From Alphaproteobacteria bacterium (lineage in GTDB: Bacteria > Pseudomonadota > Alphaproteobacteria > JABAAW01 > JAHZMA01), in assembly GCA_965206365.1 (NCBI GenBank), contig CBDBJL010000018.1, forward strand, positions 73,374 to 137,373: DNA of 64,000 bases, read 5' to 3'. A model generated the notes under the pieces. It searched no databases and was not told the DNA's origin. It worked only from the letters and a program-made list of their open reading frames with translations. Position numbers and translations under genes: made by a program. Below, one piece after another: positions 1-9,166 of this stretch (its first letter is position 1; each line of letters begins with the position of its first letter).

Positions 1-1515
1 CTCATTATCATCCAAACCGCCTGAAGCTTGGATCTTAATTTGTTGTTCTTTTCCGGTAGCCTTATCTTTGGCAGAAACATTAACAATTCCATTTGCATCA
101 ATATCAAAAGTCACTTCAATTTGGGGCATACCACGTGGTGATGGCGGAATACCTACCAAATCAAACTGCCCTAACATTTTATTATCAACGGCCATTTCGC
201 GTTCTCCTTGGAACACGCGAATGGTTACCGCGCTTTGATTATCGTCGGCAGTAGAAAAAGTTTGTGATTTCTTGGTTGGAATCGTGGTGTTGCGTTCAAT
301 TAAACGTGTAAACACGCCACCTAAAGTTTCAATTCCTAAAGAAAGTGGGGTCACATCTAAAAGCAACACATCTTTAACATCCCCTTGTAGCACGCCGGCT
401 TGAATTGCTGCACCCAAGGCCACAACTTCGTCGGGATTCACGCCCCGATGCGGTTCTTTGCCAAAGACTTTGGTAACAAGTTCCGTAACTTTGGGCATTC
501 TGGTCATACCCCCTACCAAAATAACCTCGTCAATTTCATTGGGCTTTAATCCAGCATCTTTTAGCGCATCTTGACAGGGCTTAGCGGTGCGTTCAATCAA
601 TTTTTCTACCAAAGATTCAAATTTGGCTCGCGTTAATTTGATATTTAAATGTTTCGGTCCACTTTGGTCTGCAGTGATAAAGGGTAAATTAATTTCAGTT
701 TGCGCCGAAGAAGAAAGTTCGATCTTTGCTTTTTCGGCAGCTTCTTTTAATCGTTGCAATGCTAACCGATCACTAGACAAATCAATGGCAGTCTCTTTTT
801 TAAATTCACTAACCAAATATTGGATCACTTCACTATCAAAATCTTCACCCCCTAAAAAAGTATCCCCATTGGTAGAGCGCACCTCAAAAATACCATCACC
901 AATTTCTAGAATAGAAACATCAAAAGTACCACCACCCAAATCATAAACCACAATTGTACCCGAGTTTTTTTTCTCAAGCCCATAAGCCAGTGCTGCAGCG
1001 GTGGGTTCATTAATAATGCGCAAAACCTCAAGCCCGGCAATTTTGCCAGCATCTTTGGTGGCTTGACGCTGAGAATCATTAAAATATGCGGGCACTGTAA
1101 TCACAGCCTTTTCCACTTTTTCTCCTAAATAAGCTTCAGCAGTTTCCTTCATTTTTTGTAGGATCATTGCGGATATTTGTGAAGGTGCAAATTTTGCATT
1201 GGCGCATGAAACCCAAGCATCACCATTTTCGCCTTCGATAATTTCATAGGGCACCATACTGATTTCTTTTGCGACTTGCTTATCTTTAAATCGTCGGCCA
1301 ACCATCCGTTTAATCGCATATAAGGTATCTTTTGGATTTGTAACGGCTTGGCGTTTGGCGGAATGCCCTACCAAGCGATCATCACCTGAAAATGCGACCA
1401 TCGAAGGGGTTGTGCGGTGCCCCTCAGAATTTTCAATAACCTTAGGCTGGCTTCCTTCCATTAAAGCCACACATGAATTTGTTGTGCCTAAATCAATACC
1501 AATAACTTTGCTCAT
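1..1515 (-). CDS. dnaK: Chaperone DnaK (Hsp70); 3' end runs off the window
   Basis: Minus-strand translation begins [15 protein letters not shown] and contains [29 protein letters not shown] and [17 protein letters not shown] lies 8 nt before the ATG at 1515. Not in the ORF track because it is truncated. Confidence 0.97.
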   Translation of the reverse strand, partial: MSKVIGIDLGTTNSCVALMEGSQPKVIENSEGHRTTPSMVAFSGDDRLVGHSAKRQAVTNPKDTLYAIKRMVGRRFKDKQVAKEISMVPYEIIEGENGDAWVSCANAKFAPSQISAMILQKMKETAEAYLGEKVEKAVITVPAYFNDSQRQATKDAGKIAGLEVLRIINEPTAAALAYGLEKKNSGTIVVYDLGGGTFDVSILEIGDGIFEVRSTNGDTFLGGEDFDSEVIQYLVSEFKKETAIDLSSDRLALQRLKEAAEKAKIELSSSAQTEINLPFITADQSGPKHLNIKLTRAKFESLVEKLIERTAKPCQDALKDAGLKPNEIDEVILVGGMTRMPKVTELVTKVFGKEPHRGVNPDEVVALGAAIQAGVLQGDVKDVLLLDVTPLSLGIETLGGVFTRLIERNTTIPTKKSQTFSTADDNQSAVTIRVFQGEREMAVDNKMLGQFDLVGIPPSPRGMPQIEVTFDIDANGIVNVSAKDKATGKEQQIKIQASGGLDDNE

Positions 1516-1586
1516 TACCATCACTCCATTGAAACATACCTCCTAAATTTATGGAGGTTATCGTAATTTTTTAACCTTGTAGCTAT

Positions 1587-1614
1587 ATATAGGGAGCTTT
1601 TAGAAAGCTACAAG
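1587..1614 (-). promoter_or_regulatory. RpoH (sigma32)-type heat-shock promoter of dnaK
   Basis: Minus strand reads CTTG-N17-CCTATAT, matching the alphaproteobacterial RpoH consensus, about 70 nt upstream of dnaK. Confidence 0.75.
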
Positions 1615-1627
1615 GGCTATGGTGAAT

Positions 1628-1888
1628 TTATTTTTGATATTTTTTTTTCCACTCGTGGTAATCCATACCATAAATTTTAGTTTTCGCTTGTGTTGGGCTT
1701 AGATCCAACCCTTGCTCGCTGGCAGCTTCTGCATACCATTTCGCCAAACAATTACGGCAAAAGCCTGCTAAATTCATTAAATCAATATTTTGCAACTCGG
1801 TATTGGTTTGCAGATGGTTAACCAAACGCCGAAACACAGCGGCTTCAATATTGGGGTTTTCACTGGAATTTTTTAATTCATCTCCCAT
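1628..1888 (-). CDS. DUF1244 family protein
   Basis: IEAAVFRRLVNHL, QNIDLMNLAGFCRNCLAKWY and IYGMDY-EWK match the family pattern. It sits next to an N-formylglutamate amidohydrolase, as is usual in alphaproteobacteria. Confidence 0.88.
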   Translation of the reverse strand: MGDELKNSSENPNIEAAVFRRLVNHLQTNTELQNIDLMNLAGFCRNCLAKWYAEAASEQGLDLSPTQAKTKIYGMDYHEWKKKYQK

Positions 1889-1945
1889 AATTTTGGGCTC
1901 CTTTATCTTTATTATGTTTACTAATCATGAAATACCACAATTTAT

Positions 1946-2740
1946 TTATCCACATTCGATCGCAATATCTGCGGTAAAAGGCAAACATTTGGGAATAGCA
2001 GCTTCTATTGTTAATGTTGCGAGCAATTCTGTTGTTAGTTCAAGAAAATTTATTCGCTTTTCTGAATTGATCAGATAATCTTGGCGGTATTCTATGCTGA
2101 TCGCGGGCAAATGATTCATTTTGCCATGCAATGCCAAACTATAGCCAAATCCCCCTTTTGAACTATAGGGTTGATTATCACCCACATGAAATCCCTTAGC
2201 TTGTAAGAATTCTAAACTATGGGGAATAAAACCATTTTCTTCATGGTACAAAAGGGCGATTTCTTCGATTCGTTTCGCCATTCCCATCATTTGGGGGGTA
2301 AAAGAATGCAGGCTCACCACAAAGCTTGGCTTGGCTTGGCTTTGCCTATGGCGAATATAATGGGCTAATTGCTCATGAAAAGGGCTGAAATATTTCGTAA
2401 TACGCGCTTGGCGTATTTGTGAGGATAAGCGGTAATTGCTGGGAATTATTTTCCCATCAGAAATTGGGCGTATCGAGGTAGGATCATCGAAATGCCGATT
2501 AACATCTAGTACCAAACGAGAATAATTTGCTTGAATTGCCGGGGCATTTAAGCGTGCACTTAAGGCTGCTAACATTTCCTGAACTCCAAGATCACAAAGG
2601 CGGTGTGATTGTGAAATCTCATCGATATCAGCCTGAGATTCTCCAACGATAAAATCTTTGGGCAACAACATACCCGCATGATCCCCGGTTAAAATGAATG
2701 GGCTATCCCCTTCAGGGTTTAAGAAAGTGATAATCGACAT
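1946..2740 (-). CDS. N-formylglutamate amidohydrolase family protein
   Basis: ILTGDHAG, DLG, YSRLVLDVNR, FSPFH, SLHSFTP, GDNQPYS and IEYRQD motifs. Confidence 0.88.
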   Translation of the reverse strand: MSIITFLNPEGDSPFILTGDHAGMLLPKDFIVGESQADIDEISQSHRLCDLGVQEMLAALSARLNAPAIQANYSRLVLDVNRHFDDPTSIRPISDGKIIPSNYRLSSQIRQARITKYFSPFHEQLAHYIRHRQSQAKPSFVVSLHSFTPQMMGMAKRIEEIALLYHEENGFIPHSLEFLQAKGFHVGDNQPYSSKGGFGYSLALHGKMNHLPAISIEYRQDYLINSEKRINFLELTTELLATLTIEAAIPKCLPFTADIAIECG

Positions 2741-2749
2741 TTCCTTGAA

Positions 2750-3745
2750 TCAAACAATACAATCCGTGTAATAGATGAAATTTGCCAATCTTTTATTAAT
2801 TTCATCTTCTTGTTCCCATGCCATATCAATATGATGGCAATGAACCTTATTGCGGAAAACTTGTGGAATGCGCACCCAATCTTTTTCAGTTGTAATTAAT
2901 TTAAGTTTATGTTGTCGGGCCTCAGCAAATAAATCCATCATTTCAACATGGGTGATTAAATGGTGGTTAGGAAATTTTCGCATGCGCTTGATTTTAAATC
3001 CTGAAAGAGTGAGATGTTGAAAAAATTTTTCAGGCACGCCAATACCAGCAAAAGCCAGCCAATCATATGCTTCGATGGAAGTGGCAACAGGCACAGCCCG
3101 AGCGCGGAGTAGATCTATGCCGTAATCCTGAACTTTGGAAAATATTTTATGCTGATCCTCACCCAGCAAAACCACCCAAGAAGCTCGTTGCAGTGCGGAT
3201 ATCTTCTCGCGCATCGGTCCTGCGGGGAATCTAAGATTATTGCCAAAACCATGTTGACCATCGATTACGATAATTCGCAAATTTTGATATAAGCTATTAT
3301 TTTGGAAACCATCATCCATCAGCAAAATATCGGCACCGGTTTCAATCGCTAATTTCGCAGTTGCCACCTTATTCCTGCCGACAAAACACGGAAAATATTG
3401 GGCGATCATCAAAGCCTCATCACCAACATCACGGGCAGAATGATAATCGATTTCAACTTGTGTTGCTTTGCTAATATTCCCAAGATAACCTCTGCTTAAA
3501 ATTGCAACTTGCACCCCATGAGCTTGCAATTTTCTGGCAATACTAAGAACTAAGGGAGTTTTGCCAGCACCGCCTAATACCAAATTGCCAACACAAATAA
3601 CAGGACGCGATGCAACCCAGGTTTGAGTTTGATAATATTTCAATCGATGTATAAGCCCATAAAGCCAGGATAACGGCAATAGCAATGTTGAAATAGCTGA
3701 ACGATGGTACCAAAAAGATGGGATAATTAACTTCATAAATTTCAT
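2750..3745 (-). CDS. lpxK: Tetraacyldisaccharide 4'-kinase
   Basis: VICVGNLVLGGAGKTP, ILSRGY, VGDEAL, DDGFQ, PAGPMRE and TTEKD motifs. Confidence 0.95.
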   Translation of the reverse strand: MKFMKLIIPSFWYHRSAISTLLLPLSWLYGLIHRLKYYQTQTWVASRPVICVGNLVLGGAGKTPLVLSIARKLQAHGVQVAILSRGYLGNISKATQVEIDYHSARDVGDEALMIAQYFPCFVGRNKVATAKLAIETGADILLMDDGFQNNSLYQNLRIIVIDGQHGFGNNLRFPAGPMREKISALQRASWVVLLGEDQHKIFSKVQDYGIDLLRARAVPVATSIEAYDWLAFAGIGVPEKFFQHLTLSGFKIKRMRKFPNHHLITHVEMMDLFAEARQHKLKLITTEKDWVRIPQVFRNKVHCHHIDMAWEQEDEINKRLANFIYYTDCIV

Positions 3746-3831
3746 TATTCAATAAAATGAGAAACCAAGCAAATGTAATTTGCGGTATTTTGGAAAAAAA
3801 TCTTTTCTTACGTAAAAAATTCCATTTAATC

Positions 3832-5145
3832 CTACAGATAATTTTGCATATGTTTCATAAATTGAGCGATCATTTTCGATTTAGATTGAACAAAAGCATG
3901 TGCCGCTTGTTGTTTACGCAATAAGGCCGATGGATCCTGAAGCAATTTCGTAATTTCACTCGCAAGATTATGAACATCAGGCACGGGAATAATGATGTTT
4001 TTTGCAGCCATTTCCGCTTGCATTTCTACAAAATTTTGCATAAATTTTCCATGGAAACAAATAGCGTTATGTTGCACAGCTTCATAAAGATTATGCCCAC
4101 CCTTAGGAACAAAAGATCCCCCCATAATTACAAGATCGCTAAGGGCATAAAACAAACCAGTTTCACCGAAATTATCGATCAAATAAATTTGATGATGGTT
4201 TTCTGGCAATTCTTGTTGGCTTCGGATTGCCACTTGAAATTTTGTTTTCTGAAATCGATATTTCTGCGCAAGCTTGACAATTTCCACACCTCGTTCCGGA
4301 TGTCGGGGAATGAGAATGCAAAGTAGACTAGGATATTTTTGTAATAATTTTTGATGGGTTGCAAAAATATAATCCTCTTCGCCACGATGCGTGCTGGTGG
4401 CAACATAGAAAACACGATTATGTAGAATATTTTGCAATTGTTGAAAATCTCGAGATGAATAAGGCAAAGGTGCGTTTAAATATTTTAAATTACCACTATA
4501 ATGCACATTTTTCATTCCTAATCTTTGCAGATAGTCGCAATCTTTTTGTGACTGAGCAAGGCCCAATTGAAATATACTCATTAAATAGGCAATTGTTTTG
4601 GGAAATTTTTGCCAACGCCGAAAAGTTTTATCAGAGATCCGCCCTTGAACCAAAAAAACCTTCCCAATTTTTCTAGTATCATTTTTTCTGATGTATGTTT
4701 TTAGGTTGACTAATAATAAATGTGGCCAAATTTCAGATTCCATAATAATTACTTTATCAGGGTGCCAATGGTGAATAAAGCGTTGCATAAAAGAAGGGTA
4801 GTCCAAAGGTATATATTGGTGAATCAGATCTATGTTTCTGCGTTTTTCGATTAAATTTGCAGAACTTGTTGTACCCGTTGTTAGCAAAAAATGATAATGT
4901 GGGTATTGCTGTTTGATCACATCTATCACTGTGAGTGCGACCAAACTCTCACCCACAGAAATAGCATGTATCCATATTAACTTCCCTTTAGGACGGGCAA
5001 TGCGCGCATAACCGAATCTCTCGCCGATTCTGGAGATTTGTTCTTTCCTGCGCCATAATCTTAGTCCCAATAGAATTAAGAGAAATGGAAAGAATAGTCG
5101 AATCACCCAACGATAACCATAAAGGGGCAAAGGAAGGAAATGCAT
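3832..5145 (-). CDS. waaA: 3-deoxy-D-manno-octulosonic acid (Kdo) transferase
   Basis: IWIHAISVGE, ESEIWP, STHRGEE, IPRHPERG and GGSFVPKGGHNLYE motifs. Confidence 0.95.
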   Translation of the reverse strand: MHFLPLPLYGYRWVIRLFFPFLLILLGLRLWRRKEQISRIGERFGYARIARPKGKLIWIHAISVGESLVALTVIDVIKQQYPHYHFLLTTGTTSSANLIEKRRNIDLIHQYIPLDYPSFMQRFIHHWHPDKVIIMESEIWPHLLLVNLKTYIRKNDTRKIGKVFLVQGRISDKTFRRWQKFPKTIAYLMSIFQLGLAQSQKDCDYLQRLGMKNVHYSGNLKYLNAPLPYSSRDFQQLQNILHNRVFYVATSTHRGEEDYIFATHQKLLQKYPSLLCILIPRHPERGVEIVKLAQKYRFQKTKFQVAIRSQQELPENHHQIYLIDNFGETGLFYALSDLVIMGGSFVPKGGHNLYEAVQHNAICFHGKFMQNFVEMQAEMAAKNIIIPVPDVHNLASEITKLLQDPSALLRKQQAAHAFVQSKSKMIAQFMKHMQNYL

Positions 5146-5147
5146 TA

Positions 5148-5864
5148 TTAATGGATTATAGATGAGGTTGATTTTGGGACGAAATATAATTCGCTACGAT
5201 CTGTACAGGCTAATAATTCCACTTCAACTTCAGCGCATATTTTCTCTAACATTGCTGAATGACTGTTCATAGAAACCCAGATCGGGTTCCCCCAAAAAAC
5301 ATGTATTTGATTGTGCCAGCGAATTTTTAAGAATTTCATTCGATCCCATGTTTTCAATCGAATCTGTTTTTCAACCGCAATAGTAAACGGTACCAAAGGA
5401 ACACCAGTTTTCATAGCGATATAAAGTGCACCTTTTTTTACTTTATAAGCCGGGCCTTGCGGCCCATCGGGAGAAATGACAATACTTGCATTTTGTGAAA
5501 TCATTGCAATCGCCTGTCTTATTACCGCAATTCCACCATGTGTGGAAGAGCCATAAATTGTTTTAATCTCATAATGATTGTAAAGTGCAACAAATAATTC
5601 TGTATCTGGATGCTGCGAAGATAACGCATAAACCAACCGATTATGTATTTTCATCTCTTCTTTCATAATAAATACTGCTGGCAAAATATTTTCATGAAAT
5701 GTTAGATAAATTACCGGATGTTGCCATTTTTCTTGTGGATAATCATGGTGTATTGGTTTTAATGAAAAATTCCATAGAAAAAAAATCAATCGTAAAGCAA
5801 CAGCAATCAGCATACGCAAAAACGGTGAATGTTTGATGTATTGGCGTAGATATTTGAGTTTCAT
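5148..5864 (-). CDS. DUF374 lysophospholipid acyltransferase family protein (LpxJ-like), copy 2
   Basis: TFH, LSSQHPD, IYGSSTHGG, SPDGPQGP and TWDRM motifs; lies upstream of waaA. Confidence 0.85.
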   Translation of the reverse strand: MKLKYLRQYIKHSPFLRMLIAVALRLIFFLWNFSLKPIHHDYPQEKWQHPVIYLTFHENILPAVFIMKEEMKIHNRLVYALSSQHPDTELFVALYNHYEIKTIYGSSTHGGIAVIRQAIAMISQNASIVISPDGPQGPAYKVKKGALYIAMKTGVPLVPFTIAVEKQIRLKTWDRMKFLKIRWHNQIHVFWGNPIWVSMNSHSAMLEKICAEVEVELLACTDRSELYFVPKSTSSIIH

Positions 5865-5882
5865 GGGTTTAACTTTGAAAGC

Positions 5883-6620
5883 TTATGGGTAAATGTCGGT
5901 TTTTTCAACTTCAACGGGGATACGGTTATAATGTAAATCTGCTTTTGCCATTAATTGATTCATGCAACTCTCCAGCAAAAGTCGATATTTTTCAAGATTA
6001 TGTTTATTACAATCTGCGGGTACATGAATAGGTTCACCCCATATGGCCATAATACGGGTAAAAGGCAATGGCATAAGAAAACGATCCCAGCTTTTTAATT
6101 GAAACCCATATTTTGCTGAAAAACCGACAGGTACAATAAGATTTTTGTTAAATTTTGCCATCAAAATAATACCACCCTTTGCCCTTTGACGCGGACCGCG
6201 CGGCCCATCAGGTGTTAGTAATATTCGGTAACCTTGTTTGGCAATGCGCAGTGCGTTACGCATACCGCGTCTTGGTTCTTTATTGGGAGCCCCATAAACC
6301 GTTTTAATGCGAATCCAGGCATTTAAGTAGGCTAGCATTTTACCATTTAAGTGTGGTGAATTAAAAGCCAATAACTTCCCGCCTATTTTGCGACGTGCCA
6401 CCAAACCCAAAATAAATAATCTGCCATGCCAACTTGTAACCATAAAATTTAAGCCTTGCGTTTTTAATGCCTGTGGAATTTCTCCGCCTTGTTGTTCAAT
6501 TCGTAAAGTGGCAAATAAAAGAAGATAATAAACTGAGATCAACACAAACACGATCAATCGAAGCGTAAGTTCAACCGGGCGCCCTAACCTTATATCCAGT
6601 TTTTGTAGAATGCGAAACAT
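5883..6620 (-). CDS. DUF374 lysophospholipid acyltransferase family protein (LpxJ-like), copy 1
   Basis: SWHGRL, SPHLNG, TPDGPRGP and SWDRFLMPLPF motifs. Confidence 0.88.
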   Translation of the reverse strand: MFRILQKLDIRLGRPVELTLRLIVFVLISVYYLLLFATLRIEQQGGEIPQALKTQGLNFMVTSWHGRLFILGLVARRKIGGKLLAFNSPHLNGKMLAYLNAWIRIKTVYGAPNKEPRRGMRNALRIAKQGYRILLTPDGPRGPRQRAKGGIILMAKFNKNLIVPVGFSAKYGFQLKSWDRFLMPLPFTRIMAIWGEPIHVPADCNKHNLEKYRLLLESCMNQLMAKADLHYNRIPVEVEKTDIYP

Positions 6621-6623
6621 AGA

Positions 6624-6842
6624 TTATTTGAATCGATAGGTTAAACGACCTTTGCTTAGGTCGTAAGGTGTCATTTCTACTGTAACCCGATCTCCACTTA
6701 AAACTCGAATTCTATTTTTCCGCATTCTGCCCGAAGTATGTGCCAAAACCTCATGCTCATTGTCAAGAATCACCCGAAACATCGCATTGGGCAAAACCTC
6801 CTTAACAATACCATTAAACTGCATTAATTCTTCTTTGGGCAA
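6624..6842 (-). CDS. infA: Translation initiation factor IF-1 (72 aa, TTG start)
   Basis: [35 protein letters not shown]...[11 protein letters not shown]. An AAGGAG RBS precedes TTG at 6842, which gives the canonical length. Confidence 0.96.
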   Translation of the reverse strand: MPKEELMQFNGIVKEVLPNAMFRVILDNEHEVLAHTSGRMRKNRIRVLSGDRVTVEMTPYDLSKGRLTYRFK

Positions 6843-7222
6843 ATTTCTCTCCTTAAAAATTATTAGAAAATACCAAGCAATAACGCAAAAGACACGAAAA
6901 GATACCACTGAAAGATCCACTTGCAAGCGTTAATTTTTAACCTATAATAAGGAAATTACACCAATAAGACTATAATAACAAGCTTTATAGCAAATTCCAC
7001 TAAAATCCATTCTAAAAAATCAAAAAATCATTTCTTTTTGGGAAAAGAAAAATGAATATATTTTTTTACTGTTTTTTATCTTTGAATGCTGTATAAGCGT
7101 GCTTAATAACAACATTTAAACATATGTTTTTTTAGAGTAATTTTTAAGGTTTCATTAATAATTTTGGTTAAATTTTTTTAGTGGTATCGGCTAATTTTGT
7201 CAGTAGAAGGGAATATTCTCAG

Positions 7223-7426
7223 GTGCAAGTTGTTGTAAGAGACAATAATGTTGAACAGGCGAGTCGTGTTCTGAAGAAAAAAATGCAACGCGAAGGTGTT
7301 TTTCGAGAAATGAAATTGCGTCGTTTCTTTGAAAAACCTTCTGAACGTAAGGCCAGAGAAAAATCAGAAGCTGCGCGTCGTTATCGGAAGACTATGCGCA
7401 AAAGAATGGAGCGAGATGGTTATTAG
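7223..7426 (+). CDS. rpsU: 30S ribosomal protein S21 (GTG start)
   Basis: [41 protein letters not shown] is the alphaproteobacterial S21 pattern. Confidence 0.96.
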   Translation: MQVVVRDNNVEQASRVLKKKMQREGVFREMKLRRFFEKPSERKAREKSEAARRYRKTMRKRMERDGY

Positions 7427-7608
7427 AACCAGAAATGTCGGATTTCATTAGTTTTTTGGCGCAATTGTTTATTGCTTAAATTTTGAAAATATGCTACCGA
7501 TAAATTCTCATAACAATAAATAATGAGTTTGGTTATTGCCTTATTTTTCCATATTACAAAGCGTCATTAGATTTTATAACAATGTTTTTGAAGCTATCAG
7601 GGGGGTAA

Positions 7609-8856
7609 ATGTCGCGTTATTCGGTTTTTTCAATTGCACGTAATGCACGTACATATCACCAAAATTGGCAACGCATGTGGCGGGCGCCTAATCCAAAAAA
7701 ATATTATGATGTTGTTATTGTTGGCGGAGGCGGGCATGGTTTGGCAACAGCTTACTATCTTGCACGCTTACATGGTATTACCAACGTTGCTGTTCTTGAA
7801 AAAGGTTGGTTAGGGGGCGGCAATACAGGGCGTAATACCACAATTATTCGTTCTAATTATTTGTATGATGAATCCGCAGCAATTTATGATTTATCCGTTC
7901 GGCTCTACGAGAAATTATCACAAGATTTCAACTATAATATTATGTTTTCGCAACGCCATGTGATTATGGCAGCATTATCGATTCATGATATGCAAGAACA
8001 ACAGCGTCGTTGTAGTGCAATTCGTGGCAATGGCATTGATTCTGAAATGCTTAGCGTTGCGCAGATGAAAAAATATTTGCCTCACCTAAAAACTGATGGT
8101 CGCTTTCCTGTATTTAGTGGTCTTTTACAGAAACGTGGGGGCTCAGCGCGTCATGATGCTGTAGCTTGGGGCTTTGCGCGCGGGGCAGATGAATGTGGCG
8201 TAGATATTATTCAAAATTGCGAGGTTACAGGTTTTAACATTGAAAAAGGTGTGGTGAAAGCTGTGGAAACGACTTTAGGTACAATTGGTGTTGATAAGGT
8301 GGGTGTGGTAACTGCAGGGCATTGTTCGGTGTTGGCTGATCTTGCGGGGTTTCGTTTGCCTATTGAATCTTTTCCTTTGCAGGCCTTTGTCTCCGAGCCG
8401 ATTAAGCCTATTTTCAATCATGTTTTTATGTGCGGTGGCGGTGCCCATGGTTATATGAGTCAATCGGATAAGGGTGAACTTGTGGTTGGTGCGGGAACAG
8501 ATATTTACACCTCATATTCGCAACGAGGTGGTTTTGATGTTATTGAAGAAACGGTTGCTGCGTTGCAGGAATTATTTCCGTTTATTTCACGTCTGCGAAT
8601 GTTACGTCAGTGGGGTGGAGTTGTCGATGTAACTTATGATCGAAGCCCAATTATTTCTAAAACTCCGATTACAAATATGTATTTTAATTGTGGCTGGGGA
8701 ACAGGGGGTTTTAAGGCAACTCCGGGTTCTGGGCATGCTTTTGCTGCCTCGCTTGCCTATGGTGAAATGAATTCTGTTGCTGCACCTTTTGGTATGGACC
8801 GTTTCCATAGTGGTGCCTTAGTAGATGAAGGTGCTGCTGCTGCTGTGGCCCATTAA
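7609..8856 (+). CDS. soxB: Sarcosine oxidase subunit beta
   Basis: GGGGHGLATAYYLA, GGGNTGRNTTIIRSNY, RHDAVAWG, GWGTGGFKATPGSG and the C-terminal AAAVAH. Confidence 0.95.
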   Translation: MSRYSVFSIARNARTYHQNWQRMWRAPNPKKYYDVVIVGGGGHGLATAYYLARLHGITNVAVLEKGWLGGGNTGRNTTIIRSNYLYDESAAIYDLSVRLYEKLSQDFNYNIMFSQRHVIMAALSIHDMQEQQRRCSAIRGNGIDSEMLSVAQMKKYLPHLKTDGRFPVFSGLLQKRGGSARHDAVAWGFARGADECGVDIIQNCEVTGFNIEKGVVKAVETTLGTIGVDKVGVVTAGHCSVLADLAGFRLPIESFPLQAFVSEPIKPIFNHVFMCGGGAHGYMSQSDKGELVVGAGTDIYTSYSQRGGFDVIEETVAALQELFPFISRLRMLRQWGGVVDVTYDRSPIISKTPITNMYFNCGWGTGGFKATPGSGHAFAASLAYGEMNSVAAPFGMDRFHSGALVDEGAAAAVAH

Positions 8857-8873
8857 CGCAAAGGGAAGAAAAA

Positions 8874-9164
8874 ATGCTTGAGATACTTTGTCCCTATTGT
8901 GGGATTCGCGACCAAAATGAATTTTCCCATCACGGTGAAGGTCATATTGTACGCCCAAAAAATCCTGAGACTTTATCAGATGCTGAATGGGGAAATTATG
9001 TGTTTTTTCGAAGCAACATCAAAGGCAATCATAGTGAGCTATGGCTACATCGCCATGGTTGTCGCAAAATTTTCAATGTGTTACGCAATACCGTAAGTGA
9101 CGATATTATCGCATCTTACAAAATTGGCGCAAAACTACCAGCTCAACCTCAAAAAAGGAATTAA
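8874..9164 (+). CDS. soxD: Sarcosine oxidase subunit delta
   Basis: CPYCG...EF, W-H--GCRK-FN zinc motif; position in the operon. Confidence 0.93.
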   Translation: MLEILCPYCGIRDQNEFSHHGEGHIVRPKNPETLSDAEWGNYVFFRSNIKGNHSELWLHRHGCRKIFNVLRNTVSDDIIASYKIGAKLPAQPQKRN

Positions 9165-9166
9165 AA

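Noticed and set aside
587-1546. Plus-strand ORFs 587-946 and 1355-1546
   Set aside because: Antisense shadows of dnaK. The same applies to the many short ORFs opposite or inside sox, fhs, the MCP, valS, uvrA, leuS, alaS and trkH.
7144-7158. TTAA-N7-TTAA CtrA-like box upstream of rpsU
   Set aside because: Expected by chance in very AT-rich DNA, and rpsU is not a typical CtrA target.
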